Source: Schmidtea nova
Taxonomy: Eukaryota
Assembly: GCA_044892505.1 (NCBI GenBank)
Contig: CM097882.1
Location: 118,296,001-118,360,000, forward strand
Reading direction: 5' to 3'
DNA length: 64,000 nucleotides
The notes below the pieces were generated by a model. That model was not told the DNA's origin and did not search any database. It saw only the letters and a list, made by a program, of their open reading frames with translations. Position numbers and translations under genes: made by a program. This document shows, one piece after another, positions 10,109 through 24,360 of this stretch. Each line of letters begins with the position of its first letter. The first letter of the stretch is position 1.

Positions 10109-11283
10109 CTATATAGTTTTAATAATAACAATAGTAATATTAATACTTGAAACCAATCAAAATGAAACTTGACACTTAAAAAAGTCAAATTTCTTTTTTA
10201 AAAAACTTGATTTAGAAATTTTTTTTCCATTCTTCATCCATACCAGATTTGGTAAAACAATATGATATAAGTAACTGAATTTGTAGTGATTAGTTGACAA
10301 CTAGTTAAAAAGTTTCAAAATCTATATATATTGCACAAAACCCTTATTAGCGCAATAATTAACAAGTTTTGAACCTGAAGCATGAAAATCAATCCAAATT
10401 AGTTAAGTTATCAAAATATTTTAAATATTTCTGTTATTATATATTTATTATAGAAAGGATGTTTCAAATTTATTTTTTAATTAATTTATCTTTATTTCTA
10501 TATTAGTCAATTATGGTCCGATTTTTATCAAAACATGTATACATATCAAATTCAATATGCTGAATCCGAATTTATTACAAAAAATAGGAAAAAAAATAGT
10601 CCAAAGTGGGAGTTGAACCTGGGCCTCTCACATATAAAAAAATTTTAAATGATTTTTCTCGACTAATACTTGTTTGATTTGAACCAAAATTTCTATTTAT
10701 ATCAAATTCAATATGCTGAATCCGAATTTGATACAAAAAATAGAAAAAAAAATTAGTCCAAAGTGGGAGTTGAACCTGGGCCTCTCACATATAAAAAAAT
10801 TTTAATTATTTTCTCGACTAATACTTGTCAGATTTTAACCAAAATTTCTATTTATATCAAATTCAATACGCTGAATCCGATTCCTTAACAAAGTTTTCAT
10901 AAAAAACGTCAAAGAAAAAATTATTCAACCTTGAGAGTTAAAACTGGGGTCTCACAATTAGAAATCCATAGCCTTTCCAACTAAGCTACATTCCACACTT
11001 TTAATAAACAAAATTTTAACATATATTTGATTTTTCTNNNNNNNNNNNNNNNNNNNNNNNNNNNNNNNNNNNNNNNNNNNNNNNNNNNNNNNNNNNNNNN
11101 NNNNNNNNNNNNNNNNNNNNNNNNNNNNNNNNNNNNNNNNNNNNNNNNNNNNNNNNNNNNNNNNNNNNNNNNNNNNNNNNNNNNNNNNGACACAAAATAA
11201 AAAAAAAAGACATTTTCAAATAACAAAATTTATTTCAATAACAATTTTCATTCTGGAAATATCGACATTAAGAACTAGTCATC

Positions 11284-11655
11284 TCAGTCGTTCAATGTAT
11301 TTACTCCTAAATAATGCCCGAATGCAAAACTTTCATTTTTACCCACCCACTGACGCTTATCATCGTTGTTACTTAAAGCAATTTTAGTATTCTTAAAAGT
11401 ATACAATTGATGATTTTGCTTCCCAATTCGAGTTTGAGGAACAGAAAAGATTTGATTATTATTGTAGCAATCAAGATAAGAAAGATGTTTTATCTCAGTT
11501 CCTTCTAAATATACTCCCTTCGCTTTATTACTTACAGATTCACCCAAAAGACTGTAGCACTTCGGACTTAAGAAAACCCATTCATTGGATCCAAGTCCAA
11601 ATTTGCCAATGACTGAGTCAGGATTTCTTGAATACAATGGATGTTCAGGAATAAC
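11284..11655 (-). pseudogene. pPolB C-terminal remnant (copy 2)
   Basis: Identical translation to copy 1. Confidence 0.8.
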
Positions 11656-14600
11656 CTATATAGTTTTAATAATAACAATAGTAATATTAATACTTGAAAC
11701 CAATCAAAATGAAACTTGACACTTAAAAAAGTCAAATTTCTTTTTTAAAAAACTTGATTTAGAAATTTTTTTTCCATTCTTCATCCATACCAGATTTGGT
11801 AAAACAATATGATATAAGTAACTGAATTTGTAGTGATTAGTTGACAACTAGTTAAAAAGTTTCAAAATCTATATATATTGCACAAAACCCTTATTAGCGC
11901 AATAATTAACAAGTTTTGAACCTGAAGCATGAAAATCAATCCAAATTAGTTAAGTTATCAAAATATTTTAAATATTTCTGTTATTATATATTTATTATAG
12001 AAAAGACATGTTAGTTGATATCAGTTGATAATAGTTAAAAATTAACTAATAATACGTGGTAATCATTATTTTTACAAGTTCTCAATGAAAGTAGTAAACA
12101 ATGATTTAATTATAATTGTAAGAATACTAAGAGAAATTCCTAAGAAAAGTGACTCTCAAAAGTAATTTAAATATCATCTTCAAAAATTTATTAACAAAAA
12201 TTTAGTTTCAAAACTTTTACTCACAAAAATTTAGTTTCAAAAATTTATTCACAGAATTTAGATTCAAAAAATTATTCACAAATTTTAGTTTTAAATTTAT
12301 CCACAGTATTTAGATTAAAATCTATTTTTTACCCAGTTTTTGTTCACTAACCAGTTAGTAACCCATTAATTATTGATAAAATATTTACTAATTTGATTTA
12401 TATTTAAAGTTAATTTCGTAATATTTTAAATTAATATATATCATTTGAATACAATTTTAAAAATTACTTTGACTTAAATTAACTTTTGAAACTTAGAATA
12501 AATTTTAGTAAACAAATCTAAATTTTTTAAATTAAAATTGATTTTTTTTCCAAATTGAATTTTGTCGGGAAAATATAGTTAGTTACACAATCAATTTTAT
12601 ACTAATTAATTAAAACTTATTTAAAATTGATGTCTTGAAGATTGGCTACATTAATGAGTTCCAAAATCATTTCAAAATGATACCAGGATATTTATGAATT
12701 TATTTGCAATTATTTATTTTACTAAAAGCAAAAATTATTATCATTTATTTGAAAATATGCGGATTTTTAAATTGAAACTTAAATAAAATTTTAATTGTTG
12801 GCTAATTAAAAGTAATTTTTATAGGTTTAAAATTAATCTAAAATTAAAATAATAATCGATTGATCAATGTACAAAATTTTATATTACTTAGTCAGCAACT
12901 TTAACAATTGAATAATCTTTTAAATAAATTAGACAACTGAATTTTTAAATAAGACGAAAAGAAAAAGAATAATAGAAATTTCTATATGCTTTAATTTCAA
13001 AATTGTAATGCTTAATTTTCAAATATTTTGGTTAATAAAGTATTTATTTTGAACCAAAACTAGTAGTTAGAATACTAAAGTTTACTTTATTATAACATTT
13101 AAAATGAAAAACAAATCAATTTACTCATTATCAATTAGTTACTAATTATTAATAAATTCGATAATAATTTAATACACGTTAAAATTAATTTAAATAGATC
13201 TTTTTAAGAATTGATTTCATTAGATTTCAAAAATTTTTAGAATAAATTTTAAAATATTTTTAATAAAAGAACTAAATGCAATAAACTCGATTGATTGACA
13301 ACCATTGACAACAAACTCATTTGTGCAATAAGATGTTTTGTCAGCGTATTTATTATCACTAGGTTATGAAACCATTAATGAATGCTGTTTTTATGTATTG
13401 ATTGAAGAAAACATGTAATAAAAACTAAAATCAACCAATTAAATTATCCAAATTCGCTCCAGTGTGTTCATTATTTGTATAACATGTGGTATTTTTATAC
13501 TGATATTTTCCTATCGATTTGAATACAATTACTATACATTGCTACAAAAATCACTAAATTTGGGTATTAAACTGATATAACTCAAATTGAGGCTCCCTTT
13601 TAAAATTACTTGCACCTTTTTAATTGATATTCATCATAAAACCTATTTAATTATCGATAATGTATTATACCTCCATATTTCTTAGTATTCTCAAAAGTAT
13701 AACACAATTTATCACGTAATTATATAAAATCAGTATTGATAAATTTTAAATAAAATAGCTACAAACTTCTTAGTTCAATAAAACTTACTCAAATATGTCG
13801 TTAACTTTGAAATAACTCTTAAGAAACCGCATAAAATCACCAAATTAAACGTGAAAATTTTATCAAATCTTATTACTCTTGATATTATTAATATCTTTAC
13901 TAAATTATCACATGATCCATCATTGAAAATTACATTATTATTCTGCTAAATTAAAATACCAGTAAATTAATTAAATTGTTAATAAAAATTGTTAATAACA
14001 AAACACAATTTATGAAATAGCTACAAACTTCTTAGTTCAATAAAACTTACTCAAATATGTCATTAATTCTGAAATAACACTTAAGAAACTGCATAAAATC
14101 CCCAATTAAAACGTGAAAATTTTATCAAATCTTATTAATCTTGATATTATTAATATCTTTACTAAATTATCACATGATCCATCATTGAAAATTACATTAT
14201 TATTCTGGTATATATTAAAATATCATTAAATTAATTGTTAATAAAAAGCTATGTAGTCATATATATTTTAAAATCCCATAAAAATGACCAAATATCATTC
14301 AAATCATGACAAAAAGCTATTTTGTCATATATAATTTAAAATCACATTAAAATCACAACAAATCATTCAAAACTCAATATTCAAGTCATTATAACTGATA
14401 CTGACTATGCTTAGTGGCTTTGAGTTTCAAATTTTACCATAAAGTAATCAATAAATAATCCTAAAATTTGATATAATCTGAATTAAAAGTTTCGACCATT
14501 TAATTAACAAAGAATATTGAATTAACACAAAATTATTTACGTTAAGACATTTCAAATTATCAACATTACTTGATATAAATCCTTAACTTCATTGAATTTC

Positions 14601-16025
14601 CATAAAATCAATTAATTACATAAATTACCTGTTAAAATTTATTTTACATCTAAATTCTTTCAATTATCTTCATAAATTTTCCACAATTCACTTAAAAATT
14701 GTAATGAAATTACTTTGGAAGTTATTTGAATTTTTATTAGTTTGCTATAAAATTATTATAATCACTGTAATAATCGAAAATATTTATAATCACTGTAATA
14801 ATCTAAATTTTAGTCATAACCTTTGATTAAATTGACATTAATTTCAATCTTAAATATATTTTAAATTTAATGAAATCAACAATTTGCATAAAATATTAAT
14901 TGAGAGAAAATAAGTTGGAAATTTTAAAAAGAAATTTGAAATACAATCAATGTGTATTTCTAAAATATTAATTATCTTTGAATTTAATTAGAATAAATTG
15001 TATTTAATTTTAGCAAATATTTAGTTTATTTCGAAAAAAGTATTTGAATTATTGCCAAATAAAAAGTCATGGTAACTAAATATAATTATAATATTATGAT
15101 TTTAATTTAGAATTAATTAATTTGCATGATGATTTCTGAATTTAATTTTAATGTAGAATTAAATACTGGTCATTTATATTTTGTGAAGAAATTCCTATTA
15201 CTAATTTTAAAAAATCAAAGTTATTTTAAAAAGTTTCAAATAATACAAATTAAAATCTATATAAATAGTATATAAGTGAATATACAATATGAATCTTTTA
15301 CAGGTAAAAACCATCACAAAAGAGGTTCTGCTACCAAAGGTTCTGCTAGAAAGGTTCTGCTACGTGATAAATTTAATGAAAATGTATCAATAATAGTATA
15401 TAAGTGAATATACAATATGAATCTTTTACAGGTAAAAACCATCACAAAAGAGGTTCTGCTACCAAAGGTTCTGTTAGAAAGGTTCTGATACTAAGGATAT
15501 ATTAGAAAAGTTCTGATACTGAATATAATTGTTAATAATGAATTTTACCAAAATATTTATTGATTTTTCATTTTAAATATTTTCAGTGAATTATTAATAT
15601 TAATAATTTTTATTATTACCACGTAATAATTTTGTAACATTAAATCTGTTTCGATTGTTTTTTATGATATTTATAAAAGTTGATATAATATGAAAAATTT
15701 ATTCACAAAGGGCAATTTATGTATGTGATGCAGTTATCTGTTTGTGTATAGTAACTTTTCATTGAATTGTGTCAGTTTTTATCATAATTCGATGCATTAC
15801 ATTATTTTTTGATATAATCTGTCTATTAAAAGATTTTGCATAAATAATTAATTATCATATATTTTGCATAAATAATTAATTATCATATTAAAATAAAGTG
15901 TGTATCTGCACACAAAAATATCAATAAATAAAAATTAATAAAAATGTTAAACGAAATCTGATTGGTCAATTTAAATTATGAAAACATATATATAAATTGA
16001 TTAAAAATTACAGATTTCATTAAAA

Positions 16026-16566
16026 ATGTATCAACTTAAAAGTAAGTTTAAATAATTTTAAATGATTATTTTTAATATTTTATTCTAGAATCTTCGAACA
16101 AAAAGATGTTGAAACAAGAAGTAATGAAAATTATTCTTGAAGAAAATTCTATTTCGGCATCAAATTTGGTTAGGAATCCTGCAGTTCAATTTCTACAATA
16201 CTCGATGGAATATTTAAAATTTCCAATAATTTATTCATTTAAAGTATATATTTATTTAATTAAAATAAATTTCTAATAATTATTTTATAGGAACCTGTTA
16301 CATTGAAACAATGCATGTATAATCTTCAAGTGGGGAAAATTGGAGATATTGATAGACGAAATATTTCAGAAATTTTGTTAGCAATCAACAAAGAAATACA
16401 ATTTAATGAAGCTTTTACGTATATGAATTGCATTAAAGATTGTAATTTGAAAAATCCCGATGAAAATTCAATATATCAAATTAAGATAATGATTCAAGGC
16501 TTCAAAGAATCTAATGATGTTGTCAAACCTGTTTGGAAAATTATAGAAACAAATATATGTGAATAA
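16026..16566 (+). CDS. Spliced 148-aa hypothetical protein (exons 16026-16041, 16089-16243, 16291-16566)
   Basis: Two 47-nt GT-AG introns join into a stop-free frame MYQLKKSSNKK...KFPIIYSFK|EPVTLKQC...VKPVWKIIETNICE; homologous to 33804-34220. Confidence 0.7.
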
Positions 16567-17262
16567 AATTTATTTATCAAATCTTTTCATTTCATTTCAT
16601 TTTATTTTATTTTATTGTTTGTTTTGGTTAATTTAAATTTTTAATAAAAATTATTTTGTGTGTTAAATTTATAACCAAATATTTAAAATCGATTAATTTT
16701 TTATTAAAATAAAAATAATTAATTTTTTATTTTATTTTATTTTTTGTTTTGGTTAATTTAAATTTTTAATAACAATTATTTTTTGTGTTAAATTTATTAC
16801 CAAATATTTAAAATCGATTAGTTTTTTATTAAATAAAAATAATTAATTTTATTATCATAATTAATCTAAATTGATTTTGTTTTAATAATTGATTATACGT
16901 TTAAAATTCAAATTCAAATTAATTTTCTTTAATATTTCCCGGCAACAATAATTAATTCGGAATTTGATATATATTCGAATATATATCAAATTCCGAATTA
17001 ATTATTGTTGCCGGGAAATATTAAAGAAAATTAATTTTAATGTTTATTTTAAACGTATAATCAATTAATAAAACAAAATCAATTTAGAATAATTATGATA
17101 ATAAAATTAATTATTTTTATTTTAATAAAAAACTAATCGATTTTAAATATTTGGTAATAAATTTAACACAAAAAATAATTGTTATTAAAAATTTAAATTA
17201 ACCAAAACAAAAAAATAAAATAAAATAAATAAAATGAAAAGATAAGATTTGATAAATAAATT

Positions 17263-17803
17263 TTATTCACATATATTTGTTTCTATAATTTTCCAAACAG
17301 GTTTGACAACATCATTAGATTCTTTGAAGCCTTGAATCATTATCTTAATTTGATATATTGAATTTTCATCGGGATTTTTCAAATTACAATCTTTAATGCA
17401 ATTCATATACGTAAAAGCTTCATTAAATTGTATTTCTTTGTTGATTGCTAACAAAATTTCTGAAATATTTCGTCTATCAATATCTCCAATTTTCCCCACT
17501 TGAAGATTATACATGCATTGTTTCAATGTAACAGGTTCCTATAAAATAATTATTAGAAATTTATTTTAATTAAATAAATATATACTTTAAATGAATAAAT
17601 TATTGGAAATTTTAAATATTCCATCGAGTATTGTAGAAATTGAACTGCAGGATTCCTAACCAAATTTGATGCCGAAATAGAATTTTCTTCAAGAATAATT
17701 TTCATTACTTCTTGTTTCAACATCTTTTTGTTCGAAGATTCTAGAATAAAATATTAAAAATAATCATTTAAAATTATTTAAACTTACTTTTAAGTTGATA
17801 CAT
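17263..17803 (-). CDS. Mirror copy of the spliced 148-aa gene
   Basis: Reverse complement of 16026-16566; last exon translation identical in ORF track. Confidence 0.7.
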
Positions 17804-20800
17804 TTTTAATGAAATCTGTAATTTTTAATCAATTTATATATATGTTTTCATAATTTAAATTGACCAATCAGATTTCGTTTAACATTTTTATTAATTTTTA
17901 TTTATTGATATTTTTGTGTGCAGATACACACTTTATTTTAATATGATAATTAATTATTTATGCAAAATATATGATAATTAATTATTTATGCAAAATCTTT
18001 TAATAGACAGATTATATCAAAAAATAATGTAATGCATCGAATTATGATAAAAACTGACACAATTCAATGAAAAGTTACTATACACAAACAGATAACTGCA
18101 TCACATACATAAATTGCCCTTTGTGAATAAATTTTTCATATTATATCAACTTTTATAAATATCATAAAAAACAATCGAAACAGATTTAATGTTACAAAAT
18201 TATTACGTGGTAATAATAAAAATTATTAATATTAATAATTCACTGAAAATATTTAAAATGAAAAATCAATAAATATTTTGGTAAAATTCATTATTAACAA
18301 TTATATTCAGTATCAGAACTTTTCTAATATATCCTTAGTATCAGAACCTTTCTAACAGAACCTTTGGTAGCAGAACCTCTTTTGTGATGGTTTTTACCTG
18401 TAAAAGATTCATATTGTATATTCACTTATATACTATTATTGATACATTTTCATTAAATTTATCACGTAGCAGAACCTTTCTAGCAGAACCTTTGGTAGCA
18501 GAACCTCTTTTGTGATGGTTTTTACCTGTAAAAGATTCATATTGTATATTCACTTATATACTATTTATATAGATTTTAATTTGTATTATTTGAAACTTTT
18601 TAAAATAACTTTGATTTTTTAAAATTAGTAATAGGAATTTCTTCACAAAATATAAATGACCAGTATTTAATTCTACATTAAAATTAAATTCAGAAATCAT
18701 CATGCAAATTAATTAATTCTAAATTAAAATCATAATATTATAATTATATTTAGTTACCATGACTTTTTATTTGGCAATAATTCAAATACTTTTTTCGAAA
18801 TAAACTAAATATTTGCTAAAATTAAATACAATTTATTCTAATTAAATTCAAAGATAATTAATATTTTAGAAATACACATTGATTGTATTTCAAATTTCTT
18901 TTTAAAATTTCCAACTTATTTTCTCTCAATAAATATTTTATGCAAATTGTTGATTTCATTAAATTTAAAATATATTTAAGATTGAAATTAATGTCAATTT
19001 AATCAAAGGTTATGACTAAAATTTAGATTATTACAGTGATTATAAATATTTTCGATTATTACAGTGATTATAATAATTTTATAGCAAACTAATAAAAATT
19101 CAAATAACTTCCAAAGTAATTTCATTACAATTTTTAAGTGAATTGTGGAAAATTTATGAAGATAATTGAAAGAATTTAGATGTAAAATAAATTTTAACAG
19201 GTAATTTATGTAATTAATTGATTTTATGGAAATTCAATGAAGTTAAGGATTTATATCAAGTAATGTTGATAATTTGAAATGTCTTAACGTAAATAATTTT
19301 GTGTTAATTCAATATTCTTTGTTAATTAAATGGTCGAAACTTTTAATTCAGATTATATCAAATTTTAGGATTATTTATTGATTACTTTATGGTAAAATTT
19401 GAAACTCAAAGCCACTAAGCATAGTCAGTATCAGTTATAATGACTTGAATATTGAGTTTTGAATGATTTGTTGTGATTTTAATGTGATTTTAAATTATAT
19501 ATGACAAAATAGCTTTTTGTCATGATTTGAATGATATTTGGTCATTTTTATGGGATTTTAAAATATATATGACTACATAGCTTTTTATTAACAATTAATT
19601 TAATGATTTTTTAATATATACCAGAATAATAATGTAATTTTCAATGATGGATCATGTGATAATTTAGTAAAGATATTAATAATATCAAGATTAATAAGAT
19701 TTGATAAAATTTTCACGTTTTAATTGGGGATTTTATGCAGTTTCTTAAGTGTTATTTCAGAATTAATGACATATTTGAGTAAGTTTTATTGAACTAAGAA
19801 GTTTGTAGCTATTTCATAAATTGTGTTTTGTTATTAACAATTTTTATTAACAATTTAATTAATTTACTGGTATTTTAATTTAGCAGAATAATAATGTAAT
19901 TTTCAATGATGGATCATGTGATAATTTAGTAAAGATATTAATAATATCAAGAGTAATAAGATTTGATAAAATTTTCACGTTTAATTTGGTGATTTTATGC
20001 GGTTTCTTAAGAGTTATTTCAAAGTTAACGACATATTTGAGTAAGTTTTATTGAACTAAGAAGTTTGTAGCTATTTTATTTAAAATTTATCAATACTGAT
20101 TTTATATAATTACGTGATAAATTGTGTTATACTTTTGAGAATACTAAGAAATATGGAGGTATAATACATTATCGATAATTAAATAGGTTTTATGATGAAT
20201 ATCAATTAAAAAGGTGCAAGTAATTTTAAAAGGGAGCCTCAATTTGAGTTATATCAGTTTAATACCGAAATTTAGTGATTTTTGTAGCAATGTATAGTAA
20301 TTGTATTCAAATCGATAGGAAAATATCAGTATAAAAATACCACATGTTATACAAATAATGAACACACTGGAGCGAATTTGGATAATTTAATTGGTTGATT
20401 TTAGTTTTTATTACATGTTTTCTTCAATCAATACATAAAAACAGCATTCATTAATGGTTTCATAACCTAGTGATAATAAATACGCTGACAAAACATCTTA
20501 TTGCACAAATGAGTTTGTTGTCAATGGTTGTCAATCAATCGAGTTTATTGCATTTAGTTCTTTTATTAAAAATATTTTAAAATTTATTCTAAAAATTTTT
20601 GAAATCTAATGAAATCAATTCTTAAAAAGATCTATTTAAATTAATTTTAACGTGTATTAAATTATTATCGAATTTATTAATAATTAGTAACTAATTGATA
20701 ATGAGTAAATTGATTTGTTTTTCATTTTAAATGTTATAATAAAGTAAACTTTAGTATTCTAACTACTAGTTTTGGTTCAAAATAAATACTTTATTAACCA

Positions 20801-22173
20801 AAATATTTGAAAATTAAGCATTACAATTTTGAAATTAAAGCATATAGAAATTTCTATTATTCTTTTTCTTTTCGTCTTATTTAAAAATTCAGTTGTCTAA
20901 TTTATTTAAAAGATTATTCAATTGTTAAAGTTGCTGACTAAGTAATATAAAATTTTGTACATTGATCAATCGATTATTATTTTAATTTTAGATTAATTTT
21001 AAACCTATAAAAATTACTTTTAATTAGCCAACAATTAAAATTTTATTTAAGTTTCAATTTAAAAATCCGCATATTTTCAAATAAATGATAATAATTTTTG
21101 CTTTTAGTAAAATAAATAATTGCAAATAAATTCATAAATATCCTGGTATCATTTTGAAATGATTTTGGAACTCATTAATGTAGCCAATCTTCAAGACATC
21201 AATTTTAAATAAGTTTTAATTAATTAGTATAAAATTGATTGTGTAACTAACTATATTTTCCCGACAAAATTCAATTTGGAAAAAAAATCAATTTTAATTT
21301 AAAAAATTTAGATTTGTTTACTAAAATTTATTCTAAGTTTCAAAAGTTAATTTAAGTCAAAGTAATTTTTAAAATTGTATTCAAATGATATATATTAATT
21401 TAAAATATTACGAAATTAACTTTAAATATAAATCAAATTAGTATATATTTTATCAATAATTAATGGGTTACTAACTGGTTAGTGAACAAAAACTGGGTAA
21501 AAAATAGATTTTAATCTAAATACTGTGGATAAATTTAAAACTAAAATTTGTGAATAATTTTTTGAATCTAAATTCTGTGAATAAATTTTTGAAACTAAAT
21601 TTTTGTGAGTAAAAGTTTTGAAACTAAATTTTTGTTAATAAATTTTTGAAGATGATATTTAAATTACTTTTGAGAGTCACTTTTCTTAGGAATTTCTCTT
21701 AGTATTCTTACAATTATAATTAAATCATTGTTTACTACTTTCATTGAGAACTTGTAAAAATAATGATTACCACGTATTATTAGTTAATTTTTAACTATTA
21801 TCAACTGATATCAACTAACATGTCTTTTCTATAATAAATATATAATAACAGAAATATTTAAAATATTTTGATAACTTAACTAATTTGGATTGATTTTCAT
21901 GCTTCAGGTTCAAAACTTGTTAATTATTGCGCTAATAAGGGTTTTGTGCAATATATATAGATTTTGAAACTTTTTAACTAGTTGTCAACTAATCACTACA
22001 AATTCAGTTACTTATATCATATTGTTTTACCAAATCTGGTATGGATGAAGAATGGAAAAAAAATTTCTAAATCAAGTTTTTTAAAAAAGAAATTTGACTT
22101 TTTTAAGTGTCAAGTTTCATTTTGATTGGTTTCAAGTATTAATATTACTATTGTTATTATTAAAACTATATAG

Positions 22174-22545
22174 GTTATTCCTGAACATCCATTGTATTCA
22201 AGAAATCCTGACTCAGTCATTGGCAAATTTGGACTTGGATCCAATGAATGGGTTTTCTTAAGTCCGAAGTGCTACAGTCTTTTGGGTGAATCTGTAAGTA
22301 ATAAAGCGAAGGGAGTATATTTAGAAGGAACTGAGATAAAACATCTTTCTTATCTTGATTGCTACAATAATAATCAAATCTTTTCTGTTCCTCAAACTCG
22401 AATTGGGAAGCAAAATCATCAATTGTATACTTTTAAGAATACTAAAATTGCTTTAAGTAACAACGATGATAAGCGTCAGTGGGTGGGTAAAAATGAAAGT
22501 TTTGCATTCGGGCATTATTTAGGAGTAAATACATTGAACGACTGA
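22174..22545 (+). pseudogene. pPolB C-terminal remnant (copy 3, right arm)
   Basis: Identical translation; frame opens after TATATAG at 22173 (VIPEHPLYS...). Confidence 0.8.
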
Positions 22546-22865
22546 GATGACTAGTTCTTAATGTCGATATTTCCAGAATGAAAATTGTTATTGAAATAAA
22601 TTTTGTTATTTGAAAATGTCTTTTTTTTTATTTTGTGTCNNNNNNNNNNNNNNNNNNNNNNNNNNNNNNNNNNNNNNNNNNNNNNNNNNNNNNNNNNNNN
22701 NNNNNNNNNNNNNNNNNNNNNNNNNNNNNNNNNNNNNNNNNNNNNNNNNNNNNNNNNNNNNNNNNNNNNNNNNNNNNNNNNNNNNNNNNNNNNAGAAAAA
22801 TCAAATATATGTTAAAATTTTGTTTATTAAAAGTGTGGAATGTAGCTTAGTTGGAAAGGCTATGG

Positions 22866-24306
22866 ATTTCTAATTGTGAGACCCCAGTTTTAACTCTCAA
22901 GGTTGAATAATTTTTTCTTTGACGTTTTTTATGAAAACTTTGTTAAGGAATCGGATTCAGCGTATTGAATTTGATATAAATAGAAATTTTGGTTAAAATC
23001 TGACAAGTATTAGTCGAGAAAATAATTTAAAATTTTTTTATATGTGAGAGGCCCAGGTTCAACTCCCACTTTGGACTAATTTTTTTTCCTATTTTTTGTA
23101 ACAAATTCGGATTCAGCGTATTGAATTTGATGTAAACAGAAATTTTGGTTCAAATCTGACAAGTATTAGTCGAGAAAATAATTTAAAATCTTTTTCATAT
23201 GTGAGAGGCCTAGGTTCAACTCCCACTTTGGACTAATTTTTTTCTATTTTTTGTAATAAATTCGGATTCAGTATATTGAATTTGATATGTATACATGTTT
23301 TCATAAAAATCGGACCATAATTGACTAATATAGAAATAAAGATAAATTAATTAAAAAATAAATTTGATTAATTTAAATAAAATTATCAAATACTACTGAT
23401 AAAGTAGTTAGTAAACAGATTGTATAAATTTGTATATTTTTATATAAAGACCATTCCGGATTATTTTTTTACCATTAAGATAGTTGATTACATATTTTCT
23501 AAATAATGGCATGAATTAAGAATAAAAATATATGTTATATCTTTAAACTTTTATGGACTTCATGAAAGCATTACGAATCTGAATCCTGATGAGAAATCTT
23601 GCATTTATATAACTTGAAAACTATATAATTATATTACTAATCTAGATTTTCGATAATTTAATGGATCGCAGTTGAGCGCAGCGGAGCGCAGTGGGCGGTT
23701 GGCGGATGGCATGAATTAAGAATAAAAATATATGTTATATCTTTAAACTTTTATGGACTTCATGAAAGCATTACGAATCTGAATCCTGATGAGAAATCTT
23801 GCATTTATATAACTTGAAAACTATATAATTATATTGCTAATCTAGATTTTCGATAATTTAATGGATCGCAGTTGAGCGCACCGGAGCGCAGTGGGCGGTT
23901 GGCGGATGGCGGTTGGCGGTTGGCAGATGGCAGATGGCGGATGGCGGTTGGCGGTCGGCAGGATGGCGGATGGCCGTTGGCGGTTGGCGGGTAGTGATTA
24001 CCTGATGGTGTGTCGGTCACTAAGTGTGCCGGTTACTACCCATAAGTGTGCTGGTCAATAAGCATGTCGGGCACGCGCGGATGATGCAATGGTCAGTAAT
24101 TGTGCCGGGAACGTGCGGATGATGCAAAATATTTCTAAAAGTAGTAGTTGCCATTGGCAACACGTGCCATAAGTGTGTCTTTGCACAAGTGCGCTGGTCA
24201 CGTACGAGTGATGTAATGTTCAAATGTCCGGTGTTATGTAACTTTAAAAAATTTAAGGGGGGGGGGGGGGGGGGGTACTGTATCTGACGGGGACACATCC
24301 TACTAC

Positions 24307-24307
<1 letters not shown>
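22866..24307 (-). repeat. Right TIR of the palindromic element, with a private ~200-bp tandem duplication (~23509-23907)
   Basis: Reverse complement of 8193-9431 plus duplicated GGCATGAATTAAG...GGCGGAT block; G19 tract. Confidence 0.85.
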
Positions 24308-24350
<43 letters not shown>

Positions 24351-24360
24351 TATTATTATT
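24308..24360. repeat. (TAT)n microsatellite flanking the element terminus
   Basis: Direct reading; one TAC interruption. Confidence 0.95.

Larger units (their letters stand above)
8935..12005. repeat. ~1.55-kb tandem duplication private to the left arm
   Basis: Identical pPolB ORFs at 9737 and 11284 (offset 1547); inner TIR segment and N gap repeated; single copy in right arm. Confidence 0.85.
8193..24307. mobile_element. Non-autonomous Polinton/Maverick derivative forming a ~16.1-kb palindrome (axis 16976/16977)
   Basis: Starts AGTAGTAGTAGTAGG, ends CCTACTACT; arms are reverse complements throughout; both arms carry a pPolB C-terminus and the same spliced gene; no integrase, capsid or ATPase recognised. 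Confidence 0.8.

Noticed and set aside
15303-15370. Histone-like peptide GKNHHKRGSATKGSARK read from the motif array
   Set aside because: The frame breaks within the array and is not preserved in the 29.5-30.6 kb copies.
8193-24307. Autonomous Polinton
   Set aside because: No integrase, ATPase, protease or capsid ORF, and pPolB is only a remnant.
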